Source: Squalus acanthias | Taxonomy: Eukaryota | Direction: 5' to 3' | Assembly (NCBI GenBank): GCA_030390025.1 | Contig: CM059431.1 | Location: 129,892,001-129,956,000 of the forward strand | Length of the DNA: 64,000 nt | Part shown: piece after piece, positions 50,590 through 63,596 of the stretch | How the letters are laid out: the number at the start of each line of letters is the position of its first letter | How positions within the stretch are numbered: position 1 is the stretch's first letter | Program-made: the position numbers and the translations under genes | Notes under the pieces: model-generated | Told to the model about the DNA's origin: nothing | Seen by the model: only the letters and a program-made list of their open reading frames with translations | Database searches by the model: none

Positions 50590-51590
50590 TATCTCACCAC
50601 ATCTGTCAGAAGCATCCCAAAGCACTTCACCAATATTGAATTACTTGAATTGAATTCTCTGATCTTATGTAGCCAGTGTGTTCGCCATTTTGCGCACAAC
50701 GAGATGACACGAACAGCCATGGGTTTTTGGTGGTATTGAAGTATTAATTTTGGCCTGGATATTGGAGAAATCCCTCATCTTCAAATAGAGCCAAGAGATC
50801 ATTATTGTCCACAGACAGATGAAGCTTTGGCTTAATCTCATCTAAAGGATGGTGGCCAAGTGTATCCACTTTGGGCGCAATTGGTGATCTGGGTGCAAAT
50901 TGTGCTCAAAATTGCATTAGTTTTCAGAAGTGTTTTTTCTCGCGCTTTCACTCAAACTCATTTGCATATCGCCAAACGTAAAATCTGCTATGAAGCAGCG
51001 CAGTCGGGCAGCGTTTTTGATATATTTGAGTGCTATACTGGTGCAGCTTTATTAATACAGCTGAATATGGATTTATCACAAAAAAATAAGCATTTTTAAT
51101 CAGCCGTGCGTAACTCGATTTTAAATAACTGAAAATGACTACAAAAAAATACAGAACCATTGACTAGTTACATTTGTGTACAGTTGTCACTTTCTTGGTA
51201 AGTTTAAAAAAAAATATTTCAAAGGTTTTAAAAGGTTCCAATTGGTGTCCGTGTGTCAAAAAAAGCTTAATTTTAGCAGCCTCCTCAAAGGCCTGCAAAC
51301 GGGCACAATTAGTGGGAATTTGCAATGGTGATTAGTTTGATCTGGGAGCGTGGACGGGGCAGGCTTGCTAGTACAATATTCTTTTTAAACTACCGCAAAA
51401 GATTGTGGAAACTCGATTTGCACTGAATGTAATTTGCGCTTAAAATTCTGTAATCTTTTGTGCTGGTTTGGCTGATTTTGAGCGAATTGCGCTTGAAACA
51501 AACCAGTGCAACCTAACTCCTGCCTAGCATCTCTGATGTGACACTCCTTCAGTGCTTGACTAAAGTTCTGTCAATTAGGTCTTCAAGTTC
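50590..51590 (-). mobile_element. Old Deu-SINE split by an unclassified ~670-bp insertion (~50854-51525)
   Basis: CATCCCAAAGCACTTCAC tail ...TCTCATCTAAAGGATGG [insert] AGCATCTCTGA...CACTCCTTCAGTGC. Confidence 0.5.
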
Positions 51591-52582
51591 AGGAAAAGCA
51601 AGCAAGGAAGTAAGAAAGAAATCAATAGAAAAGAAGATAAAAGTAGTGAAGGAAAATATGAAAGAAAAGGAATTGAAACCACGAATAAGTGGGGAATTAT
51701 CTTATGATTTGCACAATTTATTCCTTTCACAAACATTTTGATATTTAAAGCAGATTAATGTTTCAATTGGATATATCTAAAATTGTCATTGGCAACTGAT
51801 AAAACATGGACATATTATAAATTGCTTCAATAAGACCTAATTTGACTCCCAATCAACTTACACAGATGGAATTCCAGCTGCTTGTCACATTTAGGGATTT
51901 TTTGACCATCTTTCCACAGAGAAAATTTAGAAAACAACTTACATTTTAGGATTGTGTTTTAATACAAAGTATATCACACAAGCATTTAAAAAAAAAAAGG
52001 CGCACAGGTGGTTAAAATGCTAATGAGCTAAGCTGTGATATTGCTTCCCAAAGACTAGAAATGCTGAGCAAATCGTTCGTCTGTCTCGGCAATCATAAAC
52101 ACCTCATACTTATGGTCCCTGGTCCCAGTCTCAAGGTAGGAGTTGTATGATGGTAATCCCTTTTGTTGGGATACATAATACAGGGAGATTAAAAAGGCTG
52201 CGACACAGGCATTTAGGTTTTCAAATAGAAATGTGTGAGGGCAAGCTTTCGTCAGGCTCAGAAGACAAATGCAGGAGGATAGTGAGCCGTTATTTTGTTT
52301 AATTTAGCAAAATGACCCACTGATGCAGGGAAGCAATGCATTTTCACTATTTTTGCATTATAGTGTGATGACAAGTTGCACTGATTTAGTGAGTCCAATC
52401 ATATTGTTGCTCAGTATGTTCACTTGCTGTGAAATCAGCTTAATGATTCATATTTGGCAATGGGGGGGCAATTGTGTGCATGAAACCCAGAAGTAAAGTT
52501 AGCTGGTTGGATTCTCTGATTTCGACTTGATTGAGTCATTAAATTTTTCCAAATACAAAAAGCACAGGAAGGTGCCTTCCCA

Positions 52583-53328
52583 CTGCACCTTCCCGTGCAA
52601 GGCAGGAGATGCAACACCTGCTCTTTTACCTCCTCCCATGCACTCCTTCCAGGTGAAACAGCAATTTACTTGTACATCTTGCAATTTAGTAGACTGTATT
52701 CGCTGCTCATGCTGCGGTCTCCTCTACATTGGGGAGACCAAACGCAGATTGAGTGACCGCTTTGCGGAACCCCTCCGTTCAGTCTGCAAGTGTGACCCCG
52801 AGCTTTCAGTCGCCTGTCACTTCTCTGGACCACTCCCACTTTGACCTTTCTGTCCTTGGCCTCTTACACTGTTCCAACGAAGCTCAACATAAGCTTGAGG
52901 AACAGCACCTCATCTTTCGATTAGGCACTTTACAGCCTCCTGGACTCAACATTGAGTTCAACAATTTCAGATCATAACCTCTGCCCCTATTTTCTCAGAT
53001 GGCAGCTGTTGACGATTCTGCTATACCTGTTTACACCTCTTCGAGACCCATCTTTTGTTTCTAAACTTGCCCCATGACCATCTTCTTTTGCTTTGTACAA
53101 TCATACCTTTTGTCATTTAATCTCTCCTGCCTTCCACCCTATCACAGACCTTCCCTTTTGCTCTTTCCTCCCCTTCTCCTTTCCCTGCCCCTGCACTTGC
53201 TGAAAATCTGTTACATCTAACTTTTTCCAGTTCTGACGAAAGGTCATCGACCTGAAATGTTAACTCTGTTTCTCTCTCTACACAGATGCTGCCTGACCTG
53301 CTGAGTATTTCCAGTATTATCTGTTTTC
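52583..53328 (+). mobile_element. Second Penelope-like (Neptune-type) 3' fragment
   Basis: FTCTSCNLVDCIRCSCCGLLYIGETKRRL, EEQHLIFRLGTLQPPGLN; 3' end CAGATGCTGCCTGACCTGCTGAG. Confidence 0.85.
53229..53265 (+). ncRNA. Minimal hammerhead ribozyme motif
   Basis: AGUU-CUGACGA-A-AGGUC(AUC)GACCU-GAAA-UGUU-AACU. Confidence 0.75.
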
Positions 53329-53436
53329 TATATTAAGTTTTTCCTTCTGGGTTTTGCGGCTCCAAGCTGCACAGCGTGAGTGATGCACACCCGCATAAGC
53401 AATCTTAAAACAACTATTTAAAGGGCCAATGCAGAA

Positions 53437-54950
53437 ATGGAATTTGGAGGAGTCAGGAGGTGTCTAGGATGGATGCACAAAGAGCAAGGCCAGTACCCAG
53501 ATTCAATGATGCTTCCCTTGAATAAATGCTCGGTGCAGTCAGGAGCAGGACGGACATACTTTTTCCACAGCAATGGAAGAAAGAAACCTACTGCTCTCGC
53601 CAAGAAGGAGTGGTTGTGGGTAGCTGAGGAGGTGAACAGCAGGAGCATTGTGCCCTGGTCTTGGATGCAGTGCAGAAAATGGTTTAATGACCTAACCAGG
53701 TCAGGAAAAGTGAGTACATTTACTAGTTCACCTAAATCCTGTGGTGTAAAACCCCCGCCTCTCCCCCCCCACTCTGTCTTACCAAGAGTACTCCATCAGT
53801 CCTCACACTCACTGAAATTTCAGCAGTACCTAACCTTCACTTTCTGTGCACTTCTTCACCTCCCCATTTATCCATCCACCGTTGCCACTCACCCCAATCC
53901 TTATGCAATGTGATGCATCTGATAATCATCCTCACCAAATGCACTGTATCAATTGGATGAATGTGAGACATTCAGTCACTCACAGGCCTGTTTTTTTGCC
54001 CCTTGTTGGAGAAGAGAACGCAAAACTCAAGGGCGAGGGAGAGGACTGGAGGTGGCCCCCACAAATTGTGCAGCTTACAAGTGCAGAGGAGCAGGCCATG
54101 GAGATAAGTGGCATCTCTGCGTCCCTCTCAATTGGAGATCAAGAGACTGGGAACTCGCAGATGGCTGGTGACAGAATTAAAAATATCTCTTGCACATATG
54201 CTGATTTTATTTCAATGACTGAACGATGAGAAGACTGAGTGTGGTGATTGTCAAGATTGTGACTTTGCCATGACTAATTCATTTCTCTCTCTTTTGTCTT
54301 CCAGGGCCTTCACGCATAGAGCAAGAGTTGCTGGAGATGCTTTAGGACGATTCCTCAGAGGACCTCATTCCTTTTGAGGGTGCACTGTCACAGACATACA
54401 GCCATGCACCAGTCCAAATACACTCACTTCAGTGGGTCCAGTTAGAGAGTTAGTTGGGTTTTCATCTGGTGATTCACAATTCTCAAGTGAGTATCAGCAG
54501 ACACAGGTGGCAGGGACAGCAGTGGCGAGTCTGCATCGGGGGGCGCAATCCTCTTCAAGCTCTGCTCAGCTGGACACAGATGCTGAACCCCAGTGGCCGT
54601 GGTTGAGAAGGAGAATGATAAAGGTACAGGAACAACTTTGCGAGGTACTGACAGACGTGCCACGCACACTGTCCGCTGGAGGAATCCAACTCCAGCAGGT
54701 AATTGTGAGAATGTCTGCCATGAAGAGAGTGAATGCAACCATGGAGCTTCTGGCATGGCTCTCAAATGAGTCTATGCAGGCCATGGACATGGCCATGCAG
54801 GAGATGTCTGCCACCTGAAACAGGTTGACAGATACCTTATCCATGGCCTTATAATGAGTCACTGATCTTCACCAAGCTGGTCTCCAACAGAGTGGTAGGC
54901 GTGATGTGGCGGTGGCCCAGGGGAGGGATGATGCCGAAAGGGGACATGGA
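53437..54950 (+). pseudogene. Harbinger Myb/SANT DNA-binding protein pseudogene
   Basis: KEWLWVAEEVNSRS...WMQCRKWFNDLTRSGK followed by a GTGAGT donor (~53710); next exon RERTGGG...LTSAEEQAMEI; polypyrimidine CAG acceptor at ~54304. Confidence 0.78.
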
Positions 54951-55533
54951 ACTGCAATTGTGCAGGGCTTTGGTGAGACCACACCTGGAGTGCTGTGCGC
55001 AGTTTTGGTCTCCTTATCTGAGAAAGGATATACATGCCTTTAGAGGCGGTGCAACGAAGGTTCACTAGATTATGAGGGTTGCCCTTTGAGGAGGGATTGC
55101 GTAGATTGGGCCTATACTCTCTGGAGTTTAGCAGAGTGAGAGGTGATCTCATTGAAACATATAAGATTCTGAGGGGTATTGACAGGGAAGATGCTGAGAG
55201 GTTGTTTCCCCCGGCTGGAGAGTCTAGATCTAGGGGGTATAGTCTCAGGATAAGGGGTCGGCCATTTAAGACTGAGATGAGGAATTTCTTCACTCAGAGG
55301 GTTGTGAATCTTTGGAATTCTCTACCCCAAAGGGCTGTGGATGTTGAGTCATTGAGTATATTGAAGGCTGGGATAGATAGATTTTTGGACTCTCGGGGAA
55401 TCGAGGGATGTGGGGATCGGGCGGGAAAGTGGAGTTGAGGTCGAAGATCAGCCATGATCTTATTGAATGACGGAGCAGGCTCGAAGGGCCGTATGGCCTA
55501 CTCCTGCTCCTACTTATATTCTTTATGTTCTTA
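54951..55533 (+). mobile_element. CR1 3' fragment
   Basis: ORF 55079..55438, 3' UTR and tail. Confidence 0.9.
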
Positions 55534-55577
55534 TGGAAGTGGGAACTTCATTCAAAGCGTTCCCCTTCTCCCCTCCC

Positions 55578-56715
55578 AGTTATATAAGGTATTGGTGAGA
55601 CCGCATCTGGAATACTGCATACAGTTTTGGTGTCCATACTTAAGAAAAGACATACTTGCTCTCGAGGCAGTACAAAGAAGGTTCATAGAAACATAGAAAC
55701 ATAGAATCTAGGAGCAGGAGTAGGCCATTCGGCCCGTCGAGCCTGCTCCGCCATTCAATACGATCATGGCTGATCATCCAAATCCAGTACCCTGTCCCTG
55801 CTTTAATCCCCACAGTACACATATCCCACCCTACCCCCGTAACCCCACGTATTTAATTCCCCCTAACATATCCCATCCTATCCACATAACCCCACATATT
55901 TAATCCCCCCTAACACTAAGGGTCAATTTATCATAGCCAAATCAACCTAACCCACACATTTTTGGACTGTGGGAGGAAACCGGAGCACCCGGAGGAAACC
56001 CACGCAGACACGGGGAGAATGTGCAAACTCCACACAGACAGTCACCCGAGGTCAGATTCGAACCCGGGTCTCTGGCGCTGTGAGGCACCAGTGCTAACCA
56101 CTATGCCACCGTGTTACCCACTCGGTTCACTCGGTTAATCCCCGGGATGAGGGGGTGGACATACGAGGAGAGGTTGAGTAGATTGGGACTCTACTCATTG
56201 GAGTTCAGAAGAATGAGAGGCGATCTTATTGAAACATATAAGATTGTGAAGGGGCTTGATCGGGTGGATGCGGTAAGGATGTTCCCAAGGATGGGTGAAA
56301 CTAGAACTAGGGGGCATAATCTTAGAATAAGGGGCTGCTCTTTCAAAACTGAGATGAGGAGAAACTTCTTCACTCAGAGGGTAGTAGGTCTGTGGAATTT
56401 GCTGCCCCAGGAAGCTGTGGAAGCTACATCATTAAATAAATTTAAAACAGAAATAGACAGTTTCCTAGAAGTAAAGGGAATTGGGGGTTACGGGGAGCGG
56501 GCAGGAAATTGGACATGAGGCTGAGTTCGGATTGGTCGAGGCCCTGTGGGTGGCAAAGCGGGCCCAGGGGCTGAGTGGCCGGGTCCTGCTCCTACTTCTT
56601 GTGTTCTTTAGATTTGAGGTGAGGATCAGATCAGCCATGATCTTATTGAATGGCGGAGCAGGCTCGAAGGGCCGATTGGCCTACTCCTGCTCCTATTTCT
56701 TATGTTCTTATGTTC
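55578..56715 (+). mobile_element. CR1 3' fragment with doubled 3' UTR, split by a SINE
   Basis: [18 protein letters not shown] (55578-55685) resumes at 56124 as RFTRLIPG...GNWT*. Confidence 0.9.
55686..56123 (-). mobile_element. HE1-type V-SINE with a variant CR1 tail
   Basis: Same head and V-domain as 32892-33212; TSD GGTTCA at 55680-55685 and 56124-56129; (TTTCTATG)n tail. Confidence 0.92.
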
Positions 56716-59365
56716 TTCTCACCCGTTGACACCCCCCATAGCCACTACCTGACATACTGCCTCGTCTCCCAAACACCGAGTTGTCCCGTGCAGGTGGTGC
56801 AGTCTTTGGCAGGGCCCTCAGCAGGTCTGAGGCCAAAAGTATCTCGGGAGTCAGAACAGGGATCTGAGCAGCCTGCTGGTCAGGAATGCACCAGGTAGAA
56901 GCAGTAGGAAGTGTAAGTTAATGCAATTGTAATTCACTAAAGGTATGCACATGGGCCTTTGACAAAATGTTATGTTGTTAAGTTTCCTTTTTTTAATAAC
57001 AACACTTAAAATTTATTGATTTGCACCACTTCCACGTCTTGCCCTTTATTGCGTCTTGAGTGCCAACTCGCCATTTCACTTGCTTCATGATGAATGTCAA
57101 TACATAATGGGACCAATTGGGCGGATGTATAATGGGTGGATGAGTGGTTGAAGTACTGTTTTGTGCAAAGGAAGTCAGGTGGGTGGGTGTGGTGGGGTTT
57201 GGTGGTGGTGGATTTAATTTGTTGTTTTTGTCCAGTCGTAATAAATAACCTTCGAGCAATGAGGGCATCCCAGGTAGCAATGTACATGGCTGGTCTGGCG
57301 ATGGGTGCCCCATCTTCATATTCCTCCTCCTCTTCCTCCGCCGCCTCCTCCTCCTACTTCAATGTTCACCTCATCAGAAGATTCCTGGTGAGCGCCTTGA
57401 TCCTCCTCCACCTCTAATCTTTACTGTGCATCAACGCCCTGCCAAAAAACCCATCCTTGACCTGCCGTATATATTGATGGGCAGCCGACTGAGAGACCCT
57501 CAAGATGTTTCTGTTGGTGTACTGGAAGGAGCCAGAGGGCGGTGGTGACTTGCGGGCAATGTGTGGCCACCAGGCCAAGCAGGGAGCAGCTCTTGAAGGA
57601 GGCTGCAGATGTCTAGGACCACCTCCCATGTCAATATGAGCCTGCGGAAGCACTGCTCTTCAGATAGGTCAAGGAAGCTGAGCCTTTGTTGACCCTCTCA
57701 TGTGGGTAGTGCTTCCTACCCCTCTGTTTCTCTGCTGCTCTCCCACTCCTCTCTGCTGTTTTCCACATCTATGTTCTGCACCTCTCTCTTGTGCACCTGC
57801 AGATCCCACCATAGTACAACAGTGCTGCCGTGGATGGTGAGTGTCTTCCTTGTCCGATGTTCTCTCAAACATCCTGCTGTTGTCCATTTGAATGCCTCCA
57901 AACTTCTCAAAAACCTCTACGTTGACAAGAATTCTCTGCAAAACGTTTGCCAGAGGGAACTGACAAAGCAGCTGTAAGCACTGAGCCTTTATTGAGTCTG
58001 GCAATCTGATCTTTAAACACGTCCATGAAGTGCAACTCAATCTTGCCTCCTATTCAATAGTGAGTTTCCCGAGCCCTGGGAAACCCATGCTGGAGGCGTT
58101 AAATTCAAATGCCTGTTTAATTCAATTCAAAATAGTTTCATTACCATGTGCTAATAATTAAAATGACTGTGCCAAATACCGACCGTCTATCCGAATGATC
58201 CGGTGCCTCCGGCGAGCAGGTTACTGACACGCAGCCAAACACCTCACTTAAACCCGGAAGCGGCTGCGTTAGAAGCGGGTTGCGGTCGCGCTTGAAATTC
58301 CTATAATTTTTACTTCCCACCCAACCCCAACCCACCTGTACTTGGGGGTCAAAAACCCCCATTATTTTCAGAAAATAGGGGAGGGTGAAGTATCTTTTTA
58401 AATTATAATATCCATCATGTGGATGTACTATGATACAACCTACATACAAAAGGGTTTTAATAATAATTGAATTGAATTAACCTGTTTAAGGTAACATATG
58501 CAGTTCATGTAAATATGTTACTGTGGGGGGAAAAAAACATCAATTTGAAACACGAGTAGTTCTTCCATTAGGTAAGCAGTGACATTCATTAGGAAATGGA
58601 AGGAAATGTTTACAGTTAAGGACTTTAAAACATCGATGGCCTTTGTGAGAAGTTAGTGATTTTCCTCTTCAAATATGGGCAATGCAGTAAACCAAAAGCT
58701 TTCAGCAAAAATATGAAACAGGATGTTTTGCCAAATTCAGGGTCAGGCACTTCATCACAAACTATATATTTGATGGAAAATTAAACAAATGAGACTAAAT
58801 AATTTGCCTTGCTCTGCACTGATGCACAATTCAGTATAAATCAGAAGTCACGTAATCAAGCTGAACAAAATCTATAAGATCACAGGTGTTTTTAGTTATT
58901 TCTTTCTACCTTGTGAAAACCAGATTTTATGATGCACATTTTCAACTGCAAGATAAATATAGTTTAACATAACGTTTGTACCGATGTCAATTTTGCTTAC
59001 TTTGGCAAATTTGAACAAGCTGTATACATCGTTACGTTAGCGCAGAAAGCAATCAAATTGGTGTTTTAATCATATGATTTTTACTTCCCAAATCTATCTA
59101 TGATTTTTATACATACATTCACACGCAGTCTCACTCAAATTCACAGAGGACCGTATAATATCTCTAAGTGATCAAGGCTCTAAAACGCTATTACTCAATG
59201 TCAGAGTGAGGAGAGAATTTTCTGTTTTGCTTTCTGGTATTCAACATAAATGTTCTTTGCCTGCAAATCCAAATTATATTTTCAACTATCTTCAGTAAGT
59301 AATATTATTATGATTTTGTCTTTTAACATTGCACATTTCTGCCAAACTCAGTTTTTTCAATTTTT

Positions 59366-60295
59366 CATAGAATCATACATCACAGAAGGAGGTCATTCGA
59401 CCCATCGTACCTGTGCCGGCTCTTTGAAAGGACTATTCAATTAGTCCCACTTTGCTGTCCTTTTCCCATAGCTCTGCAAATTTTTCCCCTTCAAATTTTT
59501 ATACAATTCCCCTTTGAAAGTTATATTCAATCTGCTGCAGGCAGTGCATTACTGATCATCATAACTTGCTGCGGAAAAAAAATTCTCATCTTGCCTTTGG
59601 TTCTTTTGCGAATTACCTTAAATCAGTGTCCCATGGTTACCGACCCTTCTGCCACTGGAAACTGTTTCTCCTTATTTACTCTCTCAAAACCCTTCAAGAT
59701 TTTGAACACCTCTATTAAATCTCCTCTTATCCTTCTCTGCTCTAAAGAGAACACCACCAGCTTCTCTGGTCTTTCCCCATAACTGAAATCCTGCATCCCT
59801 GGTACCATTCTAGTAAATCTCTTCTGAACTCTCTAAGGTCTTGACATCTTTCCTAAAGTGTGATGCCCAGAATTGAACACCGTACTCCAGCTGGGGTCTA
59901 ACCAGTGATTTATAAAGATTTAGCATAACTTCCTTGCTTTTGTTTTTAAAGCCAAGATCCCCTATGCTTTTTAAACAGCCTTCGCAACCTGTCCTGCCAT
60001 CTTCAAAGATTTGTGTACACCCCCAGGTCTCTATGTACCATTACCCACTTTAAAATTGTACCATTTAGTTCAGATTGCCTCTCCTCATTCTACCTACCAA
60101 AATGCATCATGTCACACTTCTGTGTCTTAAATTTCATCTGTCATATCATCTGCCCATTTCACCAATCTGTTTATATCCCTCTGAAGTTTGTTACTATCCT
60201 CCTCAATGTTTTAGTACATTTCCGAGTTTCATATCATCTGCAAACTTCGAAATTATGCCCTTTATACTCAGATCCAGGTCATTAATGTCTATCAT
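59366..60295 (-). mobile_element. CR1 3' fragment
   Basis: ORF 59623..59808 (FSLEQRRIRGDLIEVFK); degenerate RT end and tail CATAGAATCATAC. Confidence 0.87.
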
Positions 60296-61279
60296 TAATG
60301 TAGTTTTCTAGATCAGTATGTCGAGGAACCTACGAGGGAATTGGCTATTTTAGATCTAGGATTGTGCAATGAGACAGGGTTAATTAATAACCTTGTAGTA
60401 AAGGAGCCTCTGGGGAGCAGTGATCATAATATGATAGAATTTTATGTTGAGTTTGAGGGTGATTTAGCTAAGTCCGAAACTAGGGTCCGAAACCAGAACA
60501 AAGCAAACTACGTAGGCATGAGAGGCAAGTTGGCTAAGGTAGGTCGGAAAACTATATTAAAAGATATGACAGTAGAAAAGCAATGGCAAACATTTAAAGA
60601 GAGAATTTGTAATTCGCAACGAATATACATTCCCTTAAGGAATAAAAACACCACGGGAAAAATGGTCTAACCGTGGCTAACAAGAGAAATTAAAGATAGT
60701 ATTAGATTAAAGGAAGAGGCTTATAATGTTGCCAAAAAGAATAGTAAGCCTGAGGATTGAGAGGATTTTAGAATTGAGCAAAGGAGGACCAAGAAATTGA
60801 TAAAGAAAGGGAAAATAGAATATGAGAGTAAACTAGCGAGAGACATTAAAACAGACTGTAAAAGCTTCTATAGGTATGTAAAAAGGAAAAGATTAGCGAA
60901 AGTAAATGTGTGTCCCTTACAGGCTGAGATTGGAGAAATTATAATGGGGAATAAGGAAATGGCAGAGAAATTAAACAAATACTTTGGCCGCGATTTCGCC
61001 AGCGGAGGCGGGATCGCGGCGGGAGAGATGGGTGGCGGGTCCTGGTCCCGCTCCCTGCTCTAGCCCACTCTCTCTAAGTGATTTTATGTAGATTGGGCTT
61101 GTTAAGCCTGCCCTGCGTGTTTCCCGGCCAATTAAAAGGAAGCGGGTCTGATGACGTCATTTGATGACACGTCATCAGCTGGTTTCCTTAAAGGGGCCAT
61201 GTCCACATTCATTTTGACAGTTGTTCTGTCAGTGTTCTGCAGCACTGAGGTGTTGCAAACACTGACAATAACTGCACAA

Positions 61280-61510
61280 AGATGGACGGCTGCACCCAGG
61301 CTCTCGCATGACTCCCTCCATATGCTTATGGAGGGAGTCACAGCACGCAGGGAGGTTCTCTTCCCTTCCCATGGGTGGAAGAGACCTCCCCAGGACACCA
61401 ACGCAGCCTGGTTGCACATTGCACAGGAGGACACAAGCAGGGATGTCGTTAAGAGGACCAGGCTGCAGTGGCGCAAGCCTTTCAATGATCTGAGTAGATC
61501 ACGAAACGTT
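61280..61510 (+). pseudogene. Harbinger Myb/SANT exon
   Basis: AAPRLSHDSLHMLMEGVTARREVLFP...AAWLHIAQE...RTRLQWRKPFNDLSRS. Confidence 0.8.
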
Positions 61511-62460
61511 ACTGCCAAGCCACACTCAACCTCATCCTGCTGTGCCACTCATCACATCCACATCACTGTGCCTTCCCTACCCTACTCCTGCACATCTTTA
61601 CTCACACCAACTTACCTTGCACCTCCACCCATCCCTCTCTATCTACATTATCACTTCCCCATCTCACTAGCCACCCCTCACATTCACCCTCACATTCACC
61701 CTCACCCTACTGGAAGCATGCCAACTAACAACACACAAGGGTAGGTACGTGAGTGGTTTAGCCAATGTTCATGTGAAGTTTCTGTTAATGTGTTGTTAAA
61801 CATTGAAATCTATATTTTCAACACGTTACCTTATTGGACAGATCTCTGCTCACCTTTAGAAGTGTCTTAGTGAGTTTCAGTGAATGTTGAGACATAACAC
61901 CCCCCCACCCCCTCCCCCCCCCCCCCCCCACCCCCCCCAACCCCCAAATTGTGATGAGTGTGAAAGGAATGGCTTGGACATTATAGGGATGCTTTATGGT
62001 GCTGGTGTGAGGTGGTGCCAACCTGACGCATCATGTGGCAGCCAGGGTGTACAGCGTCAAGTGAAGTAAATCTGGCCATGGTGATGCCATCGCTGGCCTC
62101 CCAGGCAGCAATGTTGTCGGGTGCTGATGCCCTGTGACCTCTGCAGCATCCGGTGATTGCGGAGAAAGTTGGTGGTGTTGTTGGTGTGCCTGGTGATGTT
62201 GGTGCTGGGGCTGATCGTGGAGGGAGTCCGAGGACCAAGGTGAGATTTTTTCAAGAGCACTGATGTTGCTGGAATAGATGGCAGCTGAAGTTGAGATGAC
62301 AGAAGCGATCTGTCAATGGTGAGAGAGCTTGCTCCAAGGAGGTGACAGTGGATAGAGAGTTTACTCCAAACACTTCCAAACTGCATAAAGCTCAAAAGTG
62401 TCTTCCAAGTTCTGAAAGCTCAAGCTTCTGACATTGGAAAGTGACCAGCTGTGAAATGGT

Positions 62461-63596
62461 AGCTTTCACAATCTATATTAACGATTTGGAGGAAGGGACC
62501 AAGTGTAACATATCAAAATTTGCAGATGATACAAAGATGGGAGGGAAAGTAGTGAATGAGGAGGACATAAAAAACCTGCAAGGGGACATAGACAGGCTAA
62601 GTAAGTGGGCAGAGATTTGGCAGATGGAATACAACACTGGAAAGTGTGAGGTGATGCACTTTGGCAGGAAAAATCCTAGAGCAATTTATTATCTTAATGG
62701 CAAGAAACTGGAGAGTACTGAAGTGCAAAGGGATCTGGGGGTCCTGGTGCACGAAACTCAAAAGGTTAGTATGCAGGTGCAGCAAGTGATTAAGAAGGCA
62801 AATGGAATGTTGGCTTTCATTGCTAGGGGGATAGAATATAAAAATAGGGAGGTATTGCTTCAGTTGTACAAGGTATTGGTGAGACCGCACCTGGAATACT
62901 GCATACAGTTTTGGTGTCCTTACTTAAGGAAAGACATTCTTGCTCTCGAGGCAGTGCAAAAAAGGTTCATTCGGTTAATCCCGGGGATGAGGGGGTGGTC
63001 ATATGAGGAGAGGTTGGGTAGATTGGGACTCTACTCATTGGAGTTCAGAAGAATGAGAGGCGATCTTATTGAAACATATAAGATTGTGAAGGGGTTGGAT
63101 CGGGTGGATGCGGGGAGGATGTTCCCGATGACGGGTGAGACGAGAACTAGGGGACATAGTCTTAGAATAAGGGGCTGCTCTTTCAAAACTGAGATGAGGA
63201 GGAACTACTTCACTCAGAGGGTGGTAGGTCCATGGAATATGCTGCCACAAAAAGCTGTAGAAGCTACAACATTAATTAAATTTAAAACAGAAATAGACAG
63301 TTTCCTAGAAGTAAAGGGCATTAAGGGTTACGGGGAGCGGGCAGGAATTTGGACATGAGTCTAGGTTCGGATCGGTCATGGCCCTGTGGGTAGTGGAGCG
63401 GGCCCAGGGACTGTGTAGCCTGATTCTGCTCCTATTTCGTGTGTGCAATTCTGTTAGATGCAGGAGATGGTTCTGTGATAGATAGTAGATTGGCGGTTAG
63501 GATCAGATCAGCCATGATCTTATTGAATGGCGGAGCAGGCTCGAGGGGCCGATTGGCCTACTCCTGCTCCTATTTCTTATGTTCTTATGTTCTTAT
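62461..63596 (+). mobile_element. Young CR1 3' fragment with doubled 3' UTR, nested in the Harbinger
   Basis: Uninterrupted frame FTIYINDL...KFADD...GIWT* (to 63358); (TTCTTATG)n tail. Confidence 0.94.

Larger units (their letters stand above)
53340..58360. mobile_element. Decayed PIF/Harbinger transposon (Myb on +, nuclease remnant on -)
   Basis: Spliced Myb/SANT remnant 53437-54950; nuclease N-terminus on - (RLSFLDLSEEQCFRRL, SGSFQ..VSQSAAHQYIRQV) joined to an acidic C-terminus; probable right end ...GTCAAAAACCCCC at 58360; left end not found. Confidence 0.72.

Noticed and set aside
59366..60985. Twin-primed 5' inversion of a single CR1
   Set aside because: The two opposite-strand pieces look like different subfamilies, and the + piece continues past the window; no TSD can be tested
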